The notes beneath the pieces are model-generated. The model was not told the origin of the DNA and ran no database searches. It saw only the letters and a program-made list of their open reading frames with translations. This document shows, piece by piece, positions 53,878 through 60,315 of a stretch of 60,315 nucleotides of DNA. How positions within the stretch are numbered: position 1 is the first letter of the stretch; each line of letters opens with the position of its first letter. Source of the stretch: an uncultured Candidatus Saccharibacteria bacterium (GTDB lineage Bacteria; Patescibacteriota; Minisyncoccia; UBA6257; GWB1-50-10). The position numbers were made by a program, and so were the translations under genes. The stretch is from contig CAYQPG010000001.1 of the NCBI GenBank assembly GCA_964419525.1, positions 1-60,315 of the forward strand, in the 5' to 3' direction.

Positions 53878-56800
53878 ATGCTTGATGATTCTGACAAGTT
53901 CTCTCTGCCGGAAGTTGAAGAGAGAGTCCTGAAATTCTGGAAGGAGAACGATATTTTTGGCAAATCGCTGAAAAAGAACAAATCGAAGAAAAAATTCGTC
54001 TTTTACGAAGGCCCCCCGACGGCCAACGGCCGGCCGGGCATCCACCACGTTTTGGGGCGATCTTTCAAGGATATAGTCTTAAGGTATAAGACTATGTCCG
54101 GATTTTACGTTCCTCGACGCGCCGGGTGGGATACGCACGGCTTGCCGGTCGAAATCGAAGTGGAAAAGAAGCTGGGGCTGAGATCGAAGCGGGAAATCGA
54201 AGAGTACGGCATCGCCGCTTTCAATAAAAAATGCCGGGAGTCGGTCTGGGAATATAAGGACGAATGGGAGAAAATCACCGAGCGCATTGGATTCTGGCTC
54301 GACATGGACCATCCGTACGTCACCTACGAGAAGAACTACATGGAAACTTTGTGGTGGATATTTTCCGAGGTCAACAAGAAAAAACTTTTGTACAAGGGCC
54401 ACAAGGTCGTCTCGTGGTGCACGCGCTGCGGAACGGCCTTGTCGTCTCACGAATTAGCTCAGGGGTACAAAACGACCGAGGATGCGTCCGTTTACGTGAA
54501 ATTCAGGCTTTGGCCGAACCAAGCGATCGGACGGAGTTTTACGACCGACGAAAAAACATACATCCTTTCGTGGACCACGACGCCCTGGACTCTGCCGGGG
54601 AACGTGGCTCTCGCGGTAGGCGATAGTATAAAGTATTTAGTAGTTGGTATCGAGGGGAGCGACGAAAAATACATTATTGCCTCTCTTTTAGCAGAAAAAG
54701 TGCTGAATACTAAATATAAAATACTGAATATTTTTAGCGGCAATGATCTTGTGGGATTGACCTACGAGCCGCTCTTCGACGTTCCGAAATTGAAAACGGA
54801 GAAATCGTATAAGGTTTACCCCGCCGACTTCGTAACGACGGAAGACGGCACCGGTGTCGTCCATACGGCCGTTATGTACGGCGAGGACGATTACCGGCTC
54901 GGCATGAAGGTTGGTTTACCGGCGTACCACACGGTTGATGTCTTGGGCAAGTTTACGGTCGATGTGCGGGAACTGGCGGGTTCATACGTGAAGGCGAAGG
55001 AAACGGAAGACGCGATATTCGGGTATTTAAAAATTAAAAATTCGTTATTAAAAATTGAGTCTTATGCTCACGAATACCCGTTTTGCTGGCGGTGCGGAAC
55101 GCCGCTTCTGTACTACGCCCGCGATTCGTGGTTCATCGGCATGAGCAAGCTGAAGCAAAAACTCATCGCATCCAATGCAACGATCAATTGGATCCCGGCG
55201 ACGATCAAGCAGGGAAGGTTCGGCGAATGGCTGAGGGACACCAAGGACTGGGCGATATCGCGGGAGCGATATTGGGGGACGCCGTTGCCGGTTTGGGTGT
55301 GTGGAAAATGCGGAGCGACCGAAGTCTTGGGAAGCATCGGGGAGTTGGAAAAGAAACTCGGCAAATCAAAGAACAACTATTGGGTGATGCGCCACGGCGA
55401 GGCGGAGAACAACGTGCTCGACATCATTGACGCGACGAGAACTAAATTCCACTTGACGGCGCGGGGGAGAAAGCAGGTCGAGGCATCGATCCGTAAGTTC
55501 AAGAAAGAACTTTCCCGAAAAGGCGAGAAAATCGACATCGTCATATCGTCGGATATCCTGCGAACCAAGGAAACCGACGAGATAGGTTTGAAAATATTGG
55601 GCACGGTGGAATCGAAGACGGACCGGCGACTTGAGGAGATAAACCTTGGAGCCGACTTAGCCGGATGCCATGATGAGAAATACCACGTCCTGTTCCCCAC
55701 GTACGCGTCAAAGTTCGAGAAGCGCCCCGTGGGTGGAGAGTCAGTGCGGGATCTCCGGTCGCGCCTTTGGCAATTTCTCAAGGAATGCGAATCGAGATAC
55801 GAAGGAAAGAATATTCTCCTCGTGACGCACGAATATCCCATCTGGATGCTGTTTCAGATCGCCGAAGGGTGGAGTGAGCGGGAAGCCGTCGCCGAAAAAG
55901 AAAAGCTGGGCGACGATTTCGTGAAGTTCGCCGAGGTCAGGAGGCTCGGCTTGAAAATGGTACCGCGAAACGACACTGGTGAGATCGACATTCATAAGCC
56001 GTATGTCGACGAGGCGGTTTTCCCGTGCCGATGCGGCGGGACAATGAAGCGAATTTCCGAGGTCGCGGACGTATGGTTCGATTCCGGCTCGATGCCGTTC
56101 GCGGAGGATCATTATCCGTTCGACGCGAAAAAAATAGATTTCCCGGCCGATTACATTGTTGAAGGAGTCGATCAAACGCGTGGTTGGTTTTACACGCTCT
56201 TGGCTGTCGCGACGCTTTTGGGGAAAAAGGCACCCTATAAGAACGTTATTTCTTTCGGTTTGGTTTTGGACAAGAACGGGCAAAAAATGTCCAAATCGAA
56301 GGGTAACGCCGTAAATCCGTGGGATGTGATCCAAAAATACGGAGCTGACGCCCTGAGGTGGTATTTTTATACCGTGAATTCGCCAGGCGAGCCGAAAAAA
56401 TTCGACGAGGCGGACCTTGGAAAAGTTCTCCGGCAGTTTATTTTGACGATCTATAACTCGTACGTCTTCTACAAAACCTACGCTGATAAAAATTCGAAAT
56501 ACAAAATACCAAATACGAAATGCAATAATGTCCTTGACCGTTGGATTCTTCTTCGGCTCAACGAGACCGTCGGCGCGGCGACGAAGAAGATGGACTTATA
56601 TGACGTCGGCGGGGCTGGCAAATCTATTGAGGATTTCGTGGGCGATCTCTCGAGGTGGTATATCCGCCGGTCGCGAAGACGACTCCAGAGGTCGGACGAC
56701 AAAAAGGATTACGCCGCCGCTTCGGCCATCCTCGGATATTGCCTCGCGGAGCTTGCGAAGCTCATTGCTCCATTTATGCCGTTTTTCGCCGAATCGCTTT

Positions 56801-57396
56801 ACCGGTCCGTGTTGCCGAAGGGAAAACTCTCGGTTCATCTGGAGGATTGGTCTTCGGCTAAAAATCCGAAATCCGAAATACGAAATTCGAAATTATTGAG
56901 CGACATGAAAATGATCCGCGAACTGGCGAGCGCGGCGCTCGCCAAGCGCGCCGAATTGGGGATCAAAGTCCGACAGCCCCTCGCTTCGCTGAAAATTCGA
57001 TCCGCCGACTGGCGGACGAAATTCTCCGAGGAATTGCTCAGTATTTTGAAGGATGAGATCAACGTGAAAGAGATCGTTTTTGATCGGAAGATCAAAGAAG
57101 ATTTCGTCCTTGATACGAACATAACCTCCGAATTGAAAGAAGAGGGGACAATAAGAGAACTCATAAGGATGATACAAGACTTGCGTCAGGACGGCGGATT
57201 GACGCCAAAAAACAAGATAACTCTCTTCATTGAAGCGTCTTCCGACGTCATGGCGCTTGTTGGCAGGAACGGCAAATCGCTCGCCAAGGAGGTCAATGCC
57301 GTTGACGTGATCATGAGACGCTCCGAAAAATTCGACATCGAGCTGGAATCAAAACTTGACGGCGAGCCGGTCTGGCTTGGGATTATTAAGAGGTAA
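53878..57396 (+). CDS. ileS: Isoleucyl-tRNA synthetase (type 2-like) with a nested histidine-phosphatase domain
   Basis: PPTANGRPGIHHVLG (HIGH), WTTTPWTLPGN (editing domain), KMSKSKGN, and Cys pairs C475/C478 and C717/C719. A ~200-aa RHG-type insert lies at about 55365-55985. Confidence 0.95.
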   Translation: MLDDSDKFSLPEVEERVLKFWKENDIFGKSLKKNKSKKKFVFYEGPPTANGRPGIHHVLGRSFKDIVLRYKTMSGFYVPRRAGWDTHGLPVEIEVEKKLGLRSKREIEEYGIAAFNKKCRESVWEYKDEWEKITERIGFWLDMDHPYVTYEKNYMETLWWIFSEVNKKKLLYKGHKVVSWCTRCGTALSSHELAQGYKTTEDASVYVKFRLWPNQAIGRSFTTDEKTYILSWTTTPWTLPGNVALAVGDSIKYLVVGIEGSDEKYIIASLLAEKVLNTKYKILNIFSGNDLVGLTYEPLFDVPKLKTEKSYKVYPADFVTTEDGTGVVHTAVMYGEDDYRLGMKVGLPAYHTVDVLGKFTVDVRELAGSYVKAKETEDAIFGYLKIKNSLLKIESYAHEYPFCWRCGTPLLYYARDSWFIGMSKLKQKLIASNATINWIPATIKQGRFGEWLRDTKDWAISRERYWGTPLPVWVCGKCGATEVLGSIGELEKKLGKSKNNYWVMRHGEAENNVLDIIDATRTKFHLTARGRKQVEASIRKFKKELSRKGEKIDIVISSDILRTKETDEIGLKILGTVESKTDRRLEEINLGADLAGCHDEKYHVLFPTYASKFEKRPVGGESVRDLRSRLWQFLKECESRYEGKNILLVTHEYPIWMLFQIAEGWSEREAVAEKEKLGDDFVKFAEVRRLGLKMVPRNDTGEIDIHKPYVDEAVFPCRCGGTMKRISEVADVWFDSGSMPFAEDHYPFDAKKIDFPADYIVEGVDQTRGWFYTLLAVATLLGKKAPYKNVISFGLVLDKNGQKMSKSKGNAVNPWDVIQKYGADALRWYFYTVNSPGEPKKFDEADLGKVLRQFILTIYNSYVFYKTYADKNSKYKIPNTKCNNVLDRWILLRLNETVGAATKKMDLYDVGGAGKSIEDFVGDLSRWYIRRSRRRLQRSDDKKDYAAASAILGYCLAELAKLIAPFMPFFAESLYRSVLPKGKLSVHLEDWSSAKNPKSEIRNSKLLSDMKMIRELASAALAKRAELGIKVRQPLASLKIRSADWRTKFSEELLSILKDEINVKEIVFDRKIKEDFVLDTNITSELKEEGTIRELIRMIQDLRQDGGLTPKNKITLFIEASSDVMALVGRNGKSLAKEVNAVDVIMRRSEKFDIELESKLDGEPVWLGIIKR

Positions 57397-57404
57397 AGTG
57401 TTTT

Positions 57405-57620
57405 TTACTTTACTTTTTTGGCTATTTCAAATGCCAAATCTTTGATCTCCTCGAGGAGCTTTTTCGGTATTTTGGGCAGATTTTCCGCTGGCGTGCCGAT
57501 ATCATCGTCATCCGCCTCTTTGTGGTTCTTTTTGTAATATTCCGCTAGATCTCTTTCGGGATCGTTTGTTATTTCAACACCTTCCTCGAAGATCCTTTTG
57601 TCCTCAGAGTTATTTTCCAT
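57405..57620 (-). CDS. Small acidic protein (71 aa), hypothetical
   Basis: Overlaps the upstream ORF by 11 nt. Convergent with ileS across an 8-nt gap. Confidence 0.45.
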   Translation of the reverse strand: MENNSEDKRIFEEGVEITNDPERDLAEYYKKNHKEADDDDIGTPAENLPKIPKKLLEEIKDLAFEIAKKVK

Positions 57621-58461
57621 TATTGAATCTCCATTGTTTATTTTTGATGTCCACGAACCTGAACATCAGTTCCATCATAAAGTCATTGTTATATTCGCCG
57701 GTTATCAAGTCTATGTAATCTTCCCTACGGCGGCAATTCACGTCGAGCAATATTGGCTTTGCCGGAACGTGCGTAAGCTCGACCCGGTCATCTGACATGC
57801 CGGAACGCGATTTGACTTGGAATTTGGAATATTCCAGGCCGCCGTCAAAATTTGTTCCTATGGTGAAATCGACTTTATTTTTTTCTGGATTCAGGCCGGC
57901 GTCGTCTTCGGGCTTGGATTTAACTATCATGCTTTTCAGGCTGTACCTCCGATTCATGTCGGAAAGAGCCTCGATGACGGCCATTTCCGTCATCACGCCT
58001 CCAACCAGATTGTCGTAATTCTCCAGGCTATTCATGTATTTGGGGTATTTTTGCGTCAGCCCGTGCAAGACCTCGTGCATTTTCTCGAGAAGCTCCGATG
58101 GCTGCGTTCGGAGCTTTCGTATCACGAACATCATGTCTTGGTCCATGTAAGCCGCTTCCAATCCTTTCTTGTTCTTTTTCTTTTCAAGGATCTCTTTAGG
58201 CATGGCCTGCGACAGTTGGGATTCCAATATTGATACTCTTAAAAATCTTTCAAGGACGCCCAGATATGTCCTTGCGCTTCTTTTCTGGCTTTCGGAGAGT
58301 TCGGAATTTTCAACGTTTGCCGACCAGCTTTTCAGTTGATTCACGCCGGCTATGATGTCGGAATTTTTGTTCTCCAGTATATCGGCCGATCTGATTATTG
58401 TTTCAGCCGGTATCTTGTCCGGTACGCGCTCGTTTTCTAATGGTGATATTTCCATGGCCAT
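57610..58461 (-). CDS. Hypothetical protein with a possible PD-(D/E)xK / Mrr-like nuclease core in the C-half
   Basis: GGVMTEMAVIEAL ... KVDFTIG ... KFQVKSR fits the G..E...(D)...(Q/E)xK order. The motif reading is tentative. Confidence 0.45.
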   Translation of the reverse strand: MAMEISPLENERVPDKIPAETIIRSADILENKNSDIIAGVNQLKSWSANVENSELSESQKRSARTYLGVLERFLRVSILESQLSQAMPKEILEKKKNKKGLEAAYMDQDMMFVIRKLRTQPSELLEKMHEVLHGLTQKYPKYMNSLENYDNLVGGVMTEMAVIEALSDMNRRYSLKSMIVKSKPEDDAGLNPEKNKVDFTIGTNFDGGLEYSKFQVKSRSGMSDDRVELTHVPAKPILLDVNCRRREDYIDLITGEYNNDFMMELMFRFVDIKNKQWRFNNGK

Positions 58462-58469
58462 GTTTGAAG

Positions 58470-58498
58470 ATTATCCAACTATTGCGTCTCTACGTCAA
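58470..58498 (-). promoter_or_regulatory. Near-consensus sigma70 promoter directly abutting the ATG (leaderless-type)
   Basis: Minus strand: TTGACG, a 17-nt spacer, GATAAT, then 8 nt to ATG at 58461. No Shine-Dalgarno sequence. Confidence 0.5.
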
Positions 58499-58513
58499 AT
58501 CTTAAAAAGAAAA

Positions 58514-58542
58514 AGCCGCTTGATTACCAAGGCCAAGCGGCT
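58514..58542. terminator. Bidirectional rho-independent terminator
   Basis: agccgcttg...caagcggct hairpin flanked by an A-run (58505-58513) and a T-run (58544-58550). It ends the ParB-like operon on the minus strand. Confidence 0.6.
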
Positions 58543-58564
58543 GTTTTTTTGTTGTTTGGAGGAT

Positions 58565-59347
58565 TTAAGGCTTTTTTCCGTTGTTGTTCTTCGCTATCGC
58601 GTCGAATCTGTTCTTCCAGTCGGTGATGGACCGGGACGACTTCTTTTGGAGGTCGTCGATGTGCACTATGATGTTGCGCACTTCTTTTTCGGTCACGTCG
58701 CCGTCCTCGTACTTCTCAATCAAGGTTCTCATTGTGACGGCGTTTTTGATGCCGATTGACCTGTAGAGCCCCGTCAGGGTCCGCTGGATTTCCGTTACTC
58801 CGTTCTTTTTCTTCCGGCGTCCGGCGAGGGCCTCTTTGAGTTTTTCTACCGGTATTCCTTGGATCTCGGCAGCTTTGGGGACCGTGACGCTTCCGCCGGT
58901 CACCATTTCGAGCGCCCGCTGCACCTTAGCCCGCATCATGCGAGATTGAACATCGGTGATGTAGCGCCGGGCCATCCCACCCGGTAGTCCCAACAGTTCG
59001 CCTATTCGCTTCTTCGATTCCCCGCATTCGATGAGATTCATCACGGTGAGCTCTGTGTCGGCCTGCGTCGGAGGGAGAGATCCTCCCGTGTTGGCTTTGT
59101 AGGCCGCGGCGATCATCTCGCTCTTTGTGGTGACGTTGAGCACTTCGGCGTCAATCTCCTTTATGTCGTTCAACTCGTAAGCGTCGATCCGATGCCGTCC
59201 GTCGATCAATGTCTTGTCGGGCGCTATGAAGATGTCCGGTAATTTGATGCCGTTCTGTATCAGTTCGGCTAAGTACAGGACGTGATCCTGATTCAATTGA
59301 TACCGGACAAATAGGTTCAGCTTTAGGTCCGAAATCTTTACCCTCAT
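58565..59347 (-). CDS. ParB/Srx N-terminal-domain protein with a C-terminal HTH-like region
   Basis: LIDGRHRIDAY motif in the N-domain, then GESKKRIGELLGLPGGMARRYI. Confidence 0.7.
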   Translation of the reverse strand: MRVKISDLKLNLFVRYQLNQDHVLYLAELIQNGIKLPDIFIAPDKTLIDGRHRIDAYELNDIKEIDAEVLNVTTKSEMIAAAYKANTGGSLPPTQADTELTVMNLIECGESKKRIGELLGLPGGMARRYITDVQSRMMRAKVQRALEMVTGGSVTVPKAAEIQGIPVEKLKEALAGRRKKKNGVTEIQRTLTGLYRSIGIKNAVTMRTLIEKYEDGDVTEKEVRNIIVHIDDLQKKSSRSITDWKNRFDAIAKNNNGKKP

Positions 59348-59637
59348 TTCTCGTTACTCCCTTCTGTGTTTTTCTGTGATTTTTTGTCTTCCGGTCTCAT
59401 AAATCGGGCCGATTCGGCGCGCCAACCGGCACGCTTCTTTCTTATTTCCGAGAGTACTACGTAGGTACCCGGTTCCGGCCAGGTTTTTTCCGGCCAGACG
59501 GGAAGCTTGAGCGAGAACGTCACGACAATATTATCGAGTTTCTCGCACCGGCTCACGCAATACGGCCCGTGTCTTCCTTCCGGGATGATCTTATCGACCA
59601 CGGCCTCGTATTCTTCCGTCAAGAACGTTTTATTCAT
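59344..59637 (-). CDS. Hypothetical protein (97 aa)
   Basis: 4-nt overlaps on both sides indicate translational coupling within the operon. Confidence 0.45.
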   Translation of the reverse strand: MNKTFLTEEYEAVVDKIIPEGRHGPYCVSRCEKLDNIVVTFSLKLPVWPEKTWPEPGTYVVLSEIRKKRAGWRAESARFMRPEDKKSQKNTEGSNEK

Positions 59638-60245
59638 GACTCGTCTCCTTCCTTGAGAAGCACAAGCCTTGAGTTGATGTTGTTGAGGTGGGCAGTGAGA
59701 CGCGATATCGTCGCGCCGTTTGAATCACGCAGATCCTTGAGCTCGCTCTCGGAGAGATCGTTCAATTTTCCATCGTCGAGGAGATTTAAAAGTCCCCGCA
59801 TGATATTTGCGACGGCGTCGTGCCTCCGGCTTTCCGGTTTTTCCGTTCCAGCTGATGCGTCGGCGCTATTCGGGATTTCTATCCTGAAGGCGTCGGCTTT
59901 GATCTTCTTTTCGTCCAGATCGTTTTTTTTGTCTTTCCACAGGTTCCACATGCCTGCCTCTTTTTGGGATGTGGGTTTGTTTGCGCCGCGGAAAGTTCGG
60001 TAGAGAGTGTTGGCCTCGGAATAGCCGATGATCTTGGCCGCTTCTTCGCCGGAGATTAATCCGTAGCCTATGAGCTCCAGGAAATTGCGGTGGGTCTTCG
60101 GCATGTTTTCGAGCTCTATGACCCTGTAACCCATAAGGTCCAGGTAGCACATGAGCTTGATGAGAGTTTCGCCTCCGGGAGGCGTGAACGGCTCGCGAAG
60201 CCATCTCGCGATGGTCTCCAGGCCAACGGCGCAGAAATCCGCCAT
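59634..60245 (-). CDS. Hypothetical HTH-like protein; the reading frame stays open to the window edge
   Basis: ISGEEAAKIIGYSEANTLYRTF looks HTH-like. The frame upstream of ATG 60245 has no stop through 60315, so the real N-terminus may lie outside the window. Confidence 0.45.
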   Translation of the reverse strand: MADFCAVGLETIARWLREPFTPPGGETLIKLMCYLDLMGYRVIELENMPKTHRNFLELIGYGLISGEEAAKIIGYSEANTLYRTFRGANKPTSQKEAGMWNLWKDKKNDLDEKKIKADAFRIEIPNSADASAGTEKPESRRHDAVANIMRGLLNLLDDGKLNDLSESELKDLRDSNGATISRLTAHLNNINSRLVLLKEGDES

Positions 60246-60315
60246 CGGTTTCTTGGCCTTGAACGACCCTTTCGATCTCTCGGGCCATTTCTTGGCTAGC
60301 GCTCCAGACAGGTGT

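Noticed and set aside
56861-56894. Short tandem repeats considered as a CRISPR array or a phase-variation microsatellite.
   Set aside because: The units are 7 nt, degenerate and have no spacers, so this is not a CRISPR array. The copies are not identical, so classical slipped-strand phase variation is unlikely. They are reported instead as the heptamer-phased tract family.
1-60315. rRNA operons, IS elements or transposases, CRISPR-cas, and additional tRNAs.
   Set aside because: Scanning intergenic regions and the ORF products showed no rRNA-like sequence, no DDE or serine transposase motifs, no repeat-spacer arrays, and only one cloverleaf (44632-44703). The only recombinase is the truncated Xer-like fragment at 1-124.

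Overview
This 60.3-kb window looks like a small-genome, CPR/Patescibacteria-like bacterium. That placement is an inference from gene content and protein style, not a database result. It uses the standard genetic code: TGA acts as a stop, for example at rsmA 8251-8253 and mutM 37742-37744.

The backbone is housekeeping:
- rpsO, an NYN-domain gene and pnp
- comM and rsmA
- the canonical origin block jag-yidC-rnpA-rpmH / dnaA-dnaN, with DnaA-box-like 9-mers
- a class A PBP, ruvC, yebC, a histidine kinase, polA, tsaE and ruvB
- a PilB/GspE ATPase, mutM, holA, rpsT, ruvA, murE and a beta-CASP hydrolase
- an O-antigen-ligase-family protein, tRNA-Arg(CCG), murB and a membrane-anchored Clp/Hsp100 ATPase
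- rplT-rpmI-infC, smpB plus tmRNA, argS and ileS

The most interesting content, in order:
1. A ~12.4-kb tightly packed operon (8258/8702-20701) lies next to the origin. It encodes PrgI/VirB3-like, VirB4 (split by one in-frame TAG), polytopic VirB6-like and VirB2-pilin-like proteins plus about eight orphan secreted or membrane proteins. No coupling protein or relaxase is in the window. It is a candidate non-conjugative T4SS-derived surface apparatus.
2. IleRS carries a ~200-aa histidine-phosphatase (RHG...H) domain nested between its two Cys-x-x-Cys zinc-knuckle halves.
3. A dispersed family of A/T-rich tracts with strict 7-nt phasing occurs in intergenic regions and in frame inside rsmA and ileS.
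4. An AT-rich two-gene cassette (a possible PD-(D/E)xK-like protein plus a small acidic protein) sits next to a GC-rich ParB-like/HTH operon at the right edge.
5. There is an orphan promoter-to-terminator sRNA (34289-34471) and a structured infC leader whose repeats include the UUG start.

I saw no rRNA, CRISPR array or transposase. All domain calls come from reading motifs by eye. No HMM or BLAST search was run.
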